A stretch of DNA of 64,000 nucleotides from Nannocystis bainbridge (GCF_028368995.1 NZ_JAQNDL010000001.1:1664001-1728000), one strand, 5' to 3'; counted from the stretch's first letter, positions 8,911-19,281 are shown. A program made the numbers and translations. The notes: generated by a model from the letters alone, not told the origin.

Positions 8911-10815
8911 ATGTCGAACCGCGCCCGCCTCTATCCGCTCCTCACGCTCTGCACCCTCGGTTGCTCTCTGCCCGCCGACTCCGGCGATATGGCCGCCACG
9001 ACCGACGATTCGAGCTCGAGCACCTTCGCCGAGCCACCGTCGCTCACCGATTCGCTGATCTCGACGACGCTCGCGGACGCCACGACCACCGGCGACGGTG
9101 ACGACATCGGGGCGCCTCCCGGCGCGCCGGGCCTCGTCCTCGATTATGCGCCGATCAAGCAGTTCATGTTCTCGTGGGACCCGGTCGACGGCGCCGACTA
9201 TTATCAATTGCTGGAGCGCCCCTACCCCGAGGTCCCGGGCTGGTCGCAGTTCGGCGCGGACCAATTCGAGACCTCGCTCGCCCTGACGATGCCGATCCAC
9301 CGCCGGCTGTCCGCGGCTTACAAGCTGCGCGCCTGCAATCGCTTCGGCTGCAGCGAATCGGAGCCGGTGCCGGTCGGCCCCGCGGTCGACGCCGCGATCG
9401 GCTATTTCAAGGCCTCCAACGCCGAGAGCCACGACAACTTCGGCCACAGCCTCGCCATCTCGGCCGACGGCTCGACCATGGTCGTCGGGGCCCCGTACGA
9501 GGACAGCGGTGCGCGCGGCGTCGGCGGCGACGAGCTCCACAACTATGCGCCGGACAGCGGCGCCGCCTACGTGTTCGTCCGCGACGGCGACACCTGGAAG
9601 CAGCAGGCCTACCTCAAGTCCGCCAACGCCGAGGCGGATGACCAGTTCGGCGCGGTCGCCATCTCCGCGGACGGCGACACCATCGCCGTCGGCGCTCCGC
9701 GCGAAGCCAGCGCGGCGACCGGCGTCGGCGGCGATGCCAAGGACAACAGCATGGCCGCCGCGGGCGCGGTCTACGTATTCGAACGCACGGCCGGGGTGTG
9801 GAAGCAGGCGGCGTACGTCAAGGCCAGCCATACCCGGGAGCTGAGCCAGTTCGGCGAGGCGCTGGCGCTCTCCGCCGATGGCCACACCCTCGCGGTCGGG
9901 GCGCCGGGCGAGGACAGCGCCGCCACCGGCGTCGACGGCGACCCGTGGCAAGGGCTCGCCGAGGACTCCGGCGCTGTGTATGTCTATTCGCGTGAGGGCG
10001 GCGATTGGCAGCACCGCGCGTACCTCAAGGCCGCCAATGCCGGCGCGGCGGATCGGTTCGGCGTCGACCTCGCGCTGTCCGCCAACGGCGCCACCCTGGC
10101 TGTCGGCGCCCCTTACGAGGCCAGCAATTCCGCGGGCATCGACGGCGACATGTCCGACGATTCGCAGAGCTCGGGCGCGGTCTATGTGTTCACCGCGAAG
10201 ACCGGCGCCTGGTCGCAGGAGGCATACATCAAGGCGTCGAACCCGGGCCTGGGGGACTGGTTCGGGTACTCGGTGGCGCTGACGCCCGACGGGGACATGC
10301 TGGCCGTCGGCGCGCCGGCCGAGTCCTCCGCCGCCACCGAGATCGACGGCGACCCGTGGAACGACGCGGCGCCGAGCGCCGGGGCCGTCTACATGTTCTC
10401 GCGCCTGGGGCAGACCTGGCAGCAGGATGCCTATCTCAAGACCCCGAACGCGGGGGCGGGCCACTCGTTCGGCGCCTCGGTGGCGCTGTCGGCCGACGGG
10501 GGCGTGCTCGCCGCGGGTGCCGCGACGCAGGACGGCGGCGGCGTGGGCAGCTTCCCCGCCTCAGCCGGGGCGAGCGCGCCCGAGTCCGGCGCGGCCTATG
10601 TGTTCTCGCGCGTGGCCGGCACCTGGAAGCACCAGCGCTACCTCAAGGCGCCGAACTCCCGCCACGACATCCACTTCGGCGGGTCCATCGGGCTCACGTC
10701 CGACGCCGGCACTCTGGTGATCGGGGCGCCCCTCGAAGACAGCGCTGCCACCGGCGTCGGCGGCGATCTCCACGACGCCTCCGGCTCGCGGGTCGGCGCG
10801 GTGTACATGTATTGA
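8911..10815 (+). CDS. Integrin-alpha-like FG-GAP beta-propeller lipoprotein
   Basis: TLGC lipobox; about 6-7 repeats of YxKASN...FGxxxAxSxDGxTLAVGAPxE...GAVYVF. Confidence 0.92.
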   Translation: MSNRARLYPLLTLCTLGCSLPADSGDMAATTDDSSSSTFAEPPSLTDSLISTTLADATTTGDGDDIGAPPGAPGLVLDYAPIKQFMFSWDPVDGADYYQLLERPYPEVPGWSQFGADQFETSLALTMPIHRRLSAAYKLRACNRFGCSESEPVPVGPAVDAAIGYFKASNAESHDNFGHSLAISADGSTMVVGAPYEDSGARGVGGDELHNYAPDSGAAYVFVRDGDTWKQQAYLKSANAEADDQFGAVAISADGDTIAVGAPREASAATGVGGDAKDNSMAAAGAVYVFERTAGVWKQAAYVKASHTRELSQFGEALALSADGHTLAVGAPGEDSAATGVDGDPWQGLAEDSGAVYVYSREGGDWQHRAYLKAANAGAADRFGVDLALSANGATLAVGAPYEASNSAGIDGDMSDDSQSSGAVYVFTAKTGAWSQEAYIKASNPGLGDWFGYSVALTPDGDMLAVGAPAESSAATEIDGDPWNDAAPSAGAVYMFSRLGQTWQQDAYLKTPNAGAGHSFGASVALSADGGVLAAGAATQDGGGVGSFPASAGASAPESGAAYVFSRVAGTWKHQRYLKAPNSRHDIHFGGSIGLTSDAGTLVIGAPLEDSAATGVGGDLHDASGSRVGAVYMY

Positions 10816-10944
10816 TTGCGCTCACGCTGCACGCGTGCGCAGATTGCTACCATGCCGAGGGCCGCGGCGACCGGTGATACCCACCGGCCCGCCGCGGCCC
10901 CTGGCCTGATTCATAGCGACGATACAATCACCGCGCCGCGCCCA

Positions 10945-12459
10945 TCACAGCGCCCCCAGGATCTGGCGGATCTCCGCCAGGTCGGCGTCGCCGGGCAGCG
11001 CCGCCTCGGCCCGCGCCAGCGCGGCGGAGGCCGCATCGAGCATCTCCTTGGAGGACTTGCCGTCGCGCACCGCCTTGAGCGCCTCGGCGTAGGCGAACAC
11101 GGCCGCGCCCTTCTTGAGCATCGCCGACTCGGCGGCCAGCACCTCGCCGAGCTGCAGCGACACCTGGGTCTCGCGCTGGGCGAAGGTGACCGCGTCCTTC
11201 CACTGGGCGACCACGGTGAAGCTGGTGTTGGGGTCGAACTGCTCCGGCGCGCAGGTCTCGATCACCTGGTGGAACACCATCGCGTCGTTGGGCGCGAGGT
11301 GCTGCGGCTCGATGTCGGCCGGGTCGGCGGAGAACTCCTCGCCGCTGAACTTGACGATCGAGAAGCCGGGCGGCATCTCGAGGCGCACGCGCACGTCGCG
11401 GGCGGCGACCGCCATGGTCTGCACGAACCGCTCGCCGAACATCCGCTGGGCCTCTTCGACGGACGAGACGAACAGCGAGGCGCCGCGGCCGACATCGGTG
11501 ACGGCGTCCATCAGCGAGTCGTTGTAGGCGTCGGGCAGGCCGACGCCGACGCCGACGAGGTAGATGCCCTCCTGATCCTGGGCGCCCGCGCCGGCGCCGA
11601 TGATCTCGCTGTCGGTGATGCCCGCGTTGGCGCCGCCGTCGCTGACGAGCACCACGCGGTTGATCCGCGAGGCGTCGAAGTACTGGTGCGCGAGCTCGTA
11701 GCCGGCCGTCAGCCCGCCGTGGAGGTCGGTGCCGCCGCCGGCCTGCAGACCGTCGCACACGCCCACCAGCGCCGGATCGTCGGCGCCGGCGATCTCGTGG
11801 CCGGCCAGCTTGATCGCGTTCTCGATGTCCCAGCCGACCACCGAGACGACGTCGCCGGCGCGCAGGCTGCCGGCGATCCGGCGACACACCTCCTGCTGCA
11901 TCGCCATCGCCTCGCCCTCCATGGAGCCCGACTCGTCGAGCACGAGGGTGACGTTCATCAGCCGCCGGTCGGCGTTGCCGATCGCCTCGCCGGCGACGCC
12001 GATCTGCATGACGAACTGACCCTCCGGCATGCCTTCGATGCGCGTGAGCTCGGTCGTCAGCGTCAGCTCGCCAGGCTTGGCCGCCGGGTAATTGAACGCG
12101 TAGTAGTTGAGGAATTCCCAGGTCCGCAGCGGCACCGACCCGAGGCGGCGGCCGCTCAGGATCGCCTCGCGGGCCTGCACCGGCGAGGAGGTCGAGTTCG
12201 AGTCGTCGGGCGACAGGAAGAGCGTCACCGGGCTGTCCATGTCGCACGCGGGCTGCTCCTCGGCCTCGGCGTCGTCCGGCATCGGCTTGGGCGCCGGCTC
12301 CTCCCCGGGCGGCTCGCCGTAACCGTCGTAGCCGCCGCTGGCGTAGTAGGCGCCGTCGTCCCCGCACGCGCCCGTGAGCGCGGCCAGGAGCGGGAGGATC
12401 AGCGCGCCGGGACGACCGGCGCGCGCGAGCAGAGAGCGATTTAAGTTCAAGCCAAGCAT
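10945..12459 (-). CDS. von Willebrand factor A domain lipoprotein (YfbK-like)
   Basis: LTGAC lipobox, EFLNYY, MIDAS DESGSM, GGTDL, LVSDGGAN; GGAGG RBS. Confidence 0.9.
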   Translation of the reverse strand: MLGLNLNRSLLARAGRPGALILPLLAALTGACGDDGAYYASGGYDGYGEPPGEEPAPKPMPDDAEAEEQPACDMDSPVTLFLSPDDSNSTSSPVQAREAILSGRRLGSVPLRTWEFLNYYAFNYPAAKPGELTLTTELTRIEGMPEGQFVMQIGVAGEAIGNADRRLMNVTLVLDESGSMEGEAMAMQQEVCRRIAGSLRAGDVVSVVGWDIENAIKLAGHEIAGADDPALVGVCDGLQAGGGTDLHGGLTAGYELAHQYFDASRINRVVLVSDGGANAGITDSEIIGAGAGAQDQEGIYLVGVGVGLPDAYNDSLMDAVTDVGRGASLFVSSVEEAQRMFGERFVQTMAVAARDVRVRLEMPPGFSIVKFSGEEFSADPADIEPQHLAPNDAMVFHQVIETCAPEQFDPNTSFTVVAQWKDAVTFAQRETQVSLQLGEVLAAESAMLKKGAAVFAYAEALKAVRDGKSSKEMLDAASAALARAEAALPGDADLAEIRQILGAL

Positions 12460-12780
12460 GTTCGTGCCTCCGCGATGGGAGTAACCGCGGCGGCCGATCG
12501 AATTGCGGGGGCGAGAAGAAACCCGCGCCACGGGCCGAGGCTTTGCGGCGGACCGCGGTGGCGAAGCGTGCTCTGCCTCGATTCGGCGCTGCCGAAGCCG
12601 CCGCACGCCTGCCGCAGCCATGGCGCGCGCTCGGGCTTCGGCCCATGCGCGATCGTCAGCCGGGGCGGACCCGCGATCAGGGTCGGCGCCGGCCCCCGGG
12701 ACCGCGGCGTCGGCGAGCGCGCGGGCCGCTCCGGGGCGGTTCTTGCGAGCGGACGCGCGGGTCTGTTACGGTGCCCGCCC

Positions 12781-13392
12781 GTGGCGGAAGCCAGCGATTC
12801 GCAGCTGCTCACGGCCTGGCGCGCGGGCGATCAGGCGGCCGGCGAGGCTCTGTTCGCCCGCCATTTCGCGTCGATCGCCCGCTTCTTCCGCAACAAGATC
12901 CACGGCGACATCGAGGAGCTGATCCAGCGGACCTTCCTCGGCTGTCTCGAAGGCCAGCAGCGATTCAGCGGCGAGGGCAGCTTCCGCGGCTTCCTGTTCG
13001 GGATCGCCCGCAACGTGCTCTACAACCAGCTGCGGTCCAACCACCGCCACGGCGCGCCGCTCGACCTCGACGAGGTGTCGCTGTGCGAGCTGGGCCCGAC
13101 GGCCAGCGCGGTGGTGGCCAAGGAGCAGGAGGAGCAGCTGCTGCTCGACGCGCTGTTCCGCCTGCCGCTGGCCCACCAGCTGGTGATCGAGCTGTTCTAC
13201 TGGGAGGAGCTCAGCGTCGCCGAGATCGCCGAGGCGCTGGCGGTGCCGGTCGGCACGGCGGCGACCCGGCTGCGGCGCGCGCGACAGCTGCTCGAGGAGC
13301 AGATGGGGCTGCTGACCCGCTCGCAGGCGGTGCGCGAGCGCATCCCGTTCGGCTTCGAGACGTGGGCCCGCAACCTGCGGGACCAGCAATAG
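12781..13392 (+). CDS. ECF sigma-70 factor with short C-terminal extension
   Basis: SDSQLLTAWRAGD, FRGFLFGIARN (region 2), ELFYWEELSVAEIAEALAVPVGT..TRLRRAR (region 4); GTG start. Confidence 0.9.
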   Translation: MAEASDSQLLTAWRAGDQAAGEALFARHFASIARFFRNKIHGDIEELIQRTFLGCLEGQQRFSGEGSFRGFLFGIARNVLYNQLRSNHRHGAPLDLDEVSLCELGPTASAVVAKEQEEQLLLDALFRLPLAHQLVIELFYWEELSVAEIAEALAVPVGTAATRLRRARQLLEEQMGLLTRSQAVRERIPFGFETWARNLRDQQ

Positions 13393-13397
13393 CCGCC

Positions 13398-16370
13398 ATG
13401 GACCCCGAGCGCCCAGGCCCGCGCCCCGGCGCGCTGTCGGACCTCGAGGCGAAGCTGCTGGCGGCCAGGGTCGGCGGGCGCCTGTTCCAGCGGCCCGCCG
13501 AGCCGGTCCAGCTGGGCCGCTACCGCCTGCTCGGGCGCCTCGGCCAGGGCGGGATGAGCGTGGTGTTCCGCGCCCACGACCCGCAGCTGCGCCGCGAGGT
13601 CGCGGTCAAGCTGCTGCACGCGCCGCGCGGCCAGCCCGACCCGGAGCAGTTGGCCCGCCTGCGCCGCGAGGCCCAGGCGCTGGGCCGGCTGTCGCACCCC
13701 AACGTGGTCCAGGTGTTCGAGATCGGCGAGGCCGAGGGGCAGTCGTTCGTGGTGATGGAGCTGGTCCGCGGGACGACGCTGCGCGAGTGGCTGGCCGAGC
13801 GCCCGCGGACGCCGGCAGAGACGGTGGCGATGGTGTCGCAGGCCGGGCGCGGGCTGGCGGCGGCCCACGCGGCGGGGATCATCCACCGCGACTTCAAGCC
13901 GGAGAACGTGTTGGTCGGCGCCGACGGGCGTGCGCGCGTGGTCGATTTCGGGCTGGCGCGCGCGAACCCGGGGGCGCCGGCGGACACGGCGACGGGCAGC
14001 CTCGACGCGCCGCTCACGAAATCGGGCACGGTGCTGGGCACGCCGGCGTTCATGGCCCCGGAGCAGCTGCGCGACCCGGGCCGCGCCGACGCCCGGGCCG
14101 ACCAGTTCAGCTTCTGCGTGATGGCCTGGGAGGCGCTGCACGGCGAGCGGCCGTTCGAGGACCTGGCCGCGGTGGCGGCCGGCCGAATGCGGCCGCCGCC
14201 GCCCGGGACGCCAGTGCCGGCGGCCCTGCGCGAGGCGCTGGCCCGCGGGCTGCGGACCGACCCTGCCGAGCGCTGGCCGACGATGGACGCGCTGCTGGCG
14301 GCGCTGGCGGCCGCGGACGGCCGACGGGCTGCCGGCGGCCGCCGACGCTGGCTGCTGGCGGCCGGGGCCCTGGCGCTGGTGACGGGGGCGCTGCTGGGCG
14401 GCCGGGCCTGGTCGGCGCACCGCGAGGCGCGGGCGGCCGAGGAGCTGGCGGCGGCGCTCGAGCAGCGGCTGGCAGGGCTGCTGGCGGCCGGCCAGGTCGA
14501 GCGCGCCGGCCACGTGCTGGCCGAGGCGAGCGAGGCGCAGGCCGCTCGCGCCTGGGCGAGCTGGGCCCGGCTGATCGAGCAGACGCCCGGGCAGCCAGCG
14601 CGCGAGGCGTGGGCCCACGCGTACGTGTTCGCGCGCGCGGACGCGCAGGCCCGGGAGACGGCCCTGCTCGGGCTGGCGCGGGCGACCCTGGCGAGGCGCG
14701 AGGATGGGCGCAGGCGCGCGCCCGGTCAGGCAGCCGCGCTGCTGGCCTTGATCGGCGCCGAGGCGCCGGGCCTGCTCGCTACCCCCGAGCTGGCGCCGCT
14801 GCACGCCGCCGCCCGGACGGCCGGCGAGGCCTCCCCGCGGCTCGACCTGGCCCAGCGGCTCGCCGAAGCCGAGGCGCCGCCCGAGGTGGTCGCGCTGGCC
14901 CGGGCCGGGTTGCTCGACCTGGCGGCGGCCACCCTGCTGACCCTGGCGGACCGGGCCGAGGCGCCCACCCGCGCGCGCTGGCGCCTGGCGGCGGCCACCC
15001 TGCTCGCGGCCGCGCACGACTCGCCGCGCGCCCTCGCCCTCGCCCTGGCGGCCGCCGAGGAGCCCACGATCCGCGACGCCGCGCTGGCCGAGCTGGTCGC
15101 CCTCCATGCGCGCGACGGCCACCTCGAGGCCGCTGCCGAGGCTCTGGCGACCCGGCTGCGCGAGTCGAGCGCGGCGGGCCCCGAGGCCCAGGCGCTGCGG
15201 GAGCGTCTGGCGACGACCCTGGCCGCCCGCGCGCGCCTGTCGCTGCGCTTCGGCGAGGCCGACGCGTGGACCGTGGTCGACCCCGCGGCCGTGCGCGGCG
15301 ACCCCATCGATCGCGCGCTGCTGGTCACGGCCGACGCCGGTGTGCTCGCGGCCTGGCCGCTCGAGCTCCGCGGCGATCGCCTGCTCGTGGAGGTGACGCT
15401 GAGCCCGTCCTCGCTGGTCGCCGGCGCCGCCTTCACGCTGGCCGTGACCCAGGGCGACGCGACGGCCCAGGTCGGCCTGCGCGTCGAGCACGAGCTGACG
15501 CTGACCTGCGCCGGACCTGCTCCTGGCGCCGCCGCCGTCACGCCGCTCGGCTCCGTGCACGCCGACCAGACCTTCCCCGGGCTCGGCCTGCAGCTCGACC
15601 TCGACATCACCGGCGGCACCGCCACCTGTCGCGGACTCGACCCCGCGCGCACGATCGTCGCCCGCGACATCGTCGCTCTGCGCGGCACCTGGTCGCCCGG
15701 GCCGGCCGCCCTCGAGCTGCGCGGCGCGGACACCCCGCTGGCGCCGCGCATGCGCCTGCGAATCACCGCCATCGACCTGCTCGGCGCCACTCTCGGCGCC
15801 TCGCCGGCCGCCTCGCCGTGGCTGCGAGCCGCCGCCTCGCTGGTCGACGGCGACGCCCACGCGGCGAGCGAACAGCTCGCGCAGATCCCCGAACCACGCG
15901 CTCGCTTGTGGCAGGCGATCGCCGCCATCCGTCTCGGTCGCGCGCAGGCCGTCGCCGCTTCGCTGGAGCGCGCTCTCGTCGAAGCCCCCGACCTCGAGCT
16001 CGAGCTGCAGCGATGGTTGCGCGACGATCCCGACGGCCTCGCGCCGGGCCTGCGGCACGCGCTCGGCGAGGCGCGCTACCTCCAGCTGTTCGCGCGCGCG
16101 TGGAGTCACGAGCTCGGCGCACCGATCCTCGAGCCCGCGCTCGTGCGGCGGATCCTCGCCGAGCTCGGCGGCCTCGACGGGCGCTGCTCCGGCGCTGCCG
16201 CGTGCGCCGAGCTGCACCGCGCGCACGGCAGGGCGCTGGCGCAGATCGGCGAACCAGCGCGCGCTCGCCGGGCCTTCGAGGCGGCGCTCGCGGTCGCGCC
16301 GGCCGACGCTCCGGGTCGTGCGCTGGCCAGCCAGCTCGTCCTCGACCTCGCTCTGGTCAACGCACCATGA
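13398..16370 (+). CDS. Membrane Ser/Thr protein kinase with long unique C-terminal region
   Basis: GQGGMS, VAVK, HRDFKPEN, DFG, GTPAFMAPE, TM segment; begins 5 bp after the ECF stop. Confidence 0.93.
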   Translation: MDPERPGPRPGALSDLEAKLLAARVGGRLFQRPAEPVQLGRYRLLGRLGQGGMSVVFRAHDPQLRREVAVKLLHAPRGQPDPEQLARLRREAQALGRLSHPNVVQVFEIGEAEGQSFVVMELVRGTTLREWLAERPRTPAETVAMVSQAGRGLAAAHAAGIIHRDFKPENVLVGADGRARVVDFGLARANPGAPADTATGSLDAPLTKSGTVLGTPAFMAPEQLRDPGRADARADQFSFCVMAWEALHGERPFEDLAAVAAGRMRPPPPGTPVPAALREALARGLRTDPAERWPTMDALLAALAAADGRRAAGGRRRWLLAAGALALVTGALLGGRAWSAHREARAAEELAAALEQRLAGLLAAGQVERAGHVLAEASEAQAARAWASWARLIEQTPGQPAREAWAHAYVFARADAQARETALLGLARATLARREDGRRRAPGQAAALLALIGAEAPGLLATPELAPLHAAARTAGEASPRLDLAQRLAEAEAPPEVVALARAGLLDLAAATLLTLADRAEAPTRARWRLAAATLLAAAHDSPRALALALAAAEEPTIRDAALAELVALHARDGHLEAAAEALATRLRESSAAGPEAQALRERLATTLAARARLSLRFGEADAWTVVDPAAVRGDPIDRALLVTADAGVLAAWPLELRGDRLLVEVTLSPSSLVAGAAFTLAVTQGDATAQVGLRVEHELTLTCAGPAPGAAAVTPLGSVHADQTFPGLGLQLDLDITGGTATCRGLDPARTIVARDIVALRGTWSPGPAALELRGADTPLAPRMRLRITAIDLLGATLGASPAASPWLRAAASLVDGDAHAASEQLAQIPEPRARLWQAIAAIRLGRAQAVAASLERALVEAPDLELELQRWLRDDPDGLAPGLRHALGEARYLQLFARAWSHELGAPILEPALVRRILAELGGLDGRCSGAAACAELHRAHGRALAQIGEPARARRAFEAALAVAPADAPGRALASQLVLDLALVNAP

Positions 16371-16471
16371 CACCAGAGTCGCGGCGCATCGCCGTGATCG
16401 TTCCTCGATCGCCGCGATCGTCTCCGCCGCAGTTGACGGGCCCGCACCCGCGTGCTGTGCTCCCCCGAGTG

Positions 16472-17410
16472 ATGCGCGGATCGTCCTGGTTGTGGGGCCT
16501 GTGTGGTGGAGCGCTGCTGTGCGGCTGCGGCGACGACGGCGACACCTCGACCGGTGGGCAGATGATGTACACCACCCACGGCAGCGTCAGCGACGGCCTC
16601 TCGCAGGTCGGTGACATCATCGCCGCGCCTGGCGACGGCGTGTTCGGCGTCCAGAGCGGCACCGGGGTCGGCCAGATCCGCGACGGCTGGACCGTCGAAT
16701 ACCAGAAGGTCCTCGTCTCGCTCGGCAGCGTCACCCTCAGCACCGCCGGCGCCAGCGACGTCGAGATCGTCGCCGACTACGTGATCGACCTGCAGAGCCT
16801 GCCGACGAGCGGCGCCCTCCTCGATCACGCCGATGGCCGCCCGCGCCCGTCCTCGATCGGCTTCACGTTGACGCAGGCGGACCCCGATCGGGTCCGGCCG
16901 CTGTCGCCCTTCACCCTCGAGCAGGACGCCGCGCTGATGGCCAAGAACGGTTATGCGGTCTACGTCGAGGGCACGATCGAGAAGGCCGACGGCAGGTCGT
17001 GTCGGCCCGAAGCGCCGGCCGACTGCGCGCCGGCGCCGAGCGTCAAGTTCCGCTGGGGTCTGCCGAACGGCGTGGCCTACGACGATTGCGTATGGACCGA
17101 CCCCGCCGCCGCCAGCCAGAGCGTCAGGCTGGCGTTCCCGGCCGTGACCTGGCTGCAGACCTCGATCGGCGCCGAGCGCCCGACCCTGCGCGCGCAGTGG
17201 ATCGCCGACGCCGACCTCGACCGCGACGGCGAGACGACCCTCGCCGAGCTGCAGCAGATCGACGCCACCACCCTGCTGACGCGCCGCCGCGGCTACGACC
17301 TCGCCGGCGCGGCCGGCCCGGTCGCCACGGTCCACGATTTCCTGCGCGAGCAGGTGCGGGCCATGGCGGTGCGCAGCTGGGGCGAGTGCGGCACGATCCG
17401 CGACCTCTGA
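16472..17410 (+). CDS. Hypothetical lipoprotein with EF-hand-like motif
   Basis: ALLCGCG lipobox; DLDRDGETTLAEL loop; alternative start at 16367 overlapping the kinase stop. Confidence 0.75.
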   Translation: MRGSSWLWGLCGGALLCGCGDDGDTSTGGQMMYTTHGSVSDGLSQVGDIIAAPGDGVFGVQSGTGVGQIRDGWTVEYQKVLVSLGSVTLSTAGASDVEIVADYVIDLQSLPTSGALLDHADGRPRPSSIGFTLTQADPDRVRPLSPFTLEQDAALMAKNGYAVYVEGTIEKADGRSCRPEAPADCAPAPSVKFRWGLPNGVAYDDCVWTDPAAASQSVRLAFPAVTWLQTSIGAERPTLRAQWIADADLDRDGETTLAELQQIDATTLLTRRRGYDLAGAAGPVATVHDFLREQVRAMAVRSWGECGTIRDL

Positions 17411-17769
17411 CAGCACGTTTCACGTGGCTCGATGCGAGGATGACCTGCGCGCGGCGGCTCCAGCCGTCGCGCGCTCGCTGTGAGGCACGGACACTGCCGG
17501 TAGCGAGCCGGGCGAACGTGCAGAGCGCGCCCCGTCGCTGGAGCGCGCTTTCACGGGCGTAGCGGTTTGCGGCCGGTTGCCGCAATTCGTGGTTCCCCTG
17601 CGCGGCCGGTCACCGCGAATCGCGGCTCACCCCGGCGCTGATGATTGCGGCGATTCTCGGTTCGCTGCCTTCTCGGCCTTTTGCCACGATTCGCGGCTCA
17701 CCCTTCGCGGCCCTCCGCCACGATTCACGCTGCGACCCGCACGGCCCTCCGGGCCACGCCGACGAATCA

Positions 17770-17793
17770 CTGCATGTCCCGAGAGACACCCGT
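17770..17793. repeat. Degenerate GACATGTC 14-bp-pitch array (2 units)
   Basis: CTGCATGTCC core at 17773 and AGACACCCGT core at 17787, downstream of the GAF-kinase stop. Confidence 0.45.
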
Positions 17794-17814
17794 CCTTCGC
17801 CGCCGCGCCCTGCG

Positions 17815-19281
17815 TCACTCCGCCGCCTGGTGGTGCCCCTCGCCTTGCGAGCCGAACGGCTCCAGCGCCAGCGCCAGCTCGTCGACCGAGGCGAAGCGCT
17901 TGTTGCGGTCCTTTTGCAGGCAGCGCACCACGACCTGCGCCAGCGCCTCCGGCACGTCGGGCCGGTGCAGCGGGAGGCGCGGCGGTTGGGCCGTCAGCAG
18001 CTGCGCGCACACCTCGACCACCGACTCGGCCTCGAACGGGCGGAAGCCTGCAAGCATCTCGAACAAGATCACCCCGAGCGACCACACGTCGCTGCGGACA
18101 TCGACCGTCGAGCTCTCCACCAATTGTTCGGGCGACATGTAATGCGGCGAGCCGGCCCGGCTCAGCTTGGACGCCGCGTCCTCGGGCCCCTCCTCCTGTC
18201 GCCACGGCCGCGCCACCCCGAAATCGAGCACCTTGACGATCGGGGGGCCGGCCTCGCTGCGCGTCAAGAACAGGTTCGAGGGCTTCAGGTCGAGGTGCAA
18301 GATGCCCGCCGCGTGCACCTGCGCCACCCCCGCGCACGCCTGCAGCATCAGGTCCGCCACCTCGTGCGACGGCAGCCCGCCGCGTCGGTCCAGCAGCGAG
18401 TCGAGGTCCTCGCCGTCGAGCCGCTCCATGACGATGAAGGGCGCCCCGTTGCCGAGGTTGCCGGCGTCGAGGATCCGCGTGATGTGGTCGCCGCGCAGGC
18501 GCATGAGCACGCGCGCCTCGTGGACGAATTTCTCGAGCATCTCGGCGTCGCTGCGGGTCGCGGGCAGCAGGAACTTGATCGCCACCGGGCTCTTGGTCTC
18601 GAGATCGGTCGCCCCGACCACCAGGCCCATGCCGCCCACGCCGATGATGTCGCCGAGCCGGTAGCGGCCCGCGATCGTGTCGAGCGGCAGCGGCGTCTCG
18701 CGCAGGACGTCGCTCAGCACCGTGCGGCTGGCCGAGGGCGAGCGCGGCAGCTCCGACGGCCCCGTGAGCTGGTGCTTGAGCGCCGACAGCTGCCGGCGCA
18801 GGCGCAGCTCGGTCGACAGCTGGCGGGCCAGCAGCGCCAGCGCCTCGAGCTGTTTGGCCGACAGCTGGCGCGGCACGCGGTCGATCACGCAGAGGGTGCC
18901 GACCGCGACCCCGTCGTCGAGCACCAGCGGGACGCCGGCGTAGAAGCGAATGCTCGGATCGGAGGTGACCAGCGGATTGTCGGCGAAGCGGGCGTCCTTC
19001 AGCGCGTCGGGGACCACCAGCGGGTCGGCCGGATCGAGGATCGCGTGGGCGCAGAACGCCTGCTCGCGCGGCGTCTCCGACACGCTCAGGCCGATCCGCG
19101 ACTTGAACCATTGCCGCTTGTCGTCGACCAGGGTGACGAGCCCGATCGGCGTCGAGCACACCTGCGTGGCCAGGCGGGCGATATCGTCGTACGCGGGCTC
19201 GGGCTCGCTGTCGAGGACTCCGCACCGCTCGAGCGCCTCCAGGCGCTCGCGCTCGTTGATCGGCTTGGACGGGACCAGCAT
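17815..19281 (-). CDS. GAF domain-Ser/Thr kinase fusion (cytoplasmic)
   Basis: NERERLEAL...QWFKS...FCAHAI...RFYAGVPL...GTLCVID GAF; kinase GVGGMG, VAIK, HLDLKPSN, DFG, GSPHYMSPE. Confidence 0.92.
   Translation of the reverse strand: MLVPSKPINERERLEALERCGVLDSEPEPAYDDIARLATQVCSTPIGLVTLVDDKRQWFKSRIGLSVSETPREQAFCAHAILDPADPLVVPDALKDARFADNPLVTSDPSIRFYAGVPLVLDDGVAVGTLCVIDRVPRQLSAKQLEALALLARQLSTELRLRRQLSALKHQLTGPSELPRSPSASRTVLSDVLRETPLPLDTIAGRYRLGDIIGVGGMGLVVGATDLETKSPVAIKFLLPATRSDAEMLEKFVHEARVLMRLRGDHITRILDAGNLGNGAPFIVMERLDGEDLDSLLDRRGGLPSHEVADLMLQACAGVAQVHAAGILHLDLKPSNLFLTRSEAGPPIVKVLDFGVARPWRQEEGPEDAASKLSRAGSPHYMSPEQLVESSTVDVRSDVWSLGVILFEMLAGFRPFEAESVVEVCAQLLTAQPPRLPLHRPDVPEALAQVVVRCLQKDRNKRFASVDELALALEPFGSQGEGHHQAAE

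Noticed and set aside
17577-17760. Short imperfect repeats (GCCACGATTC...CGGCCCTCC at about 17683 and 17717) in a convergent gap
   Set aside because: Only two degenerate copies; no recognisable RNA or element
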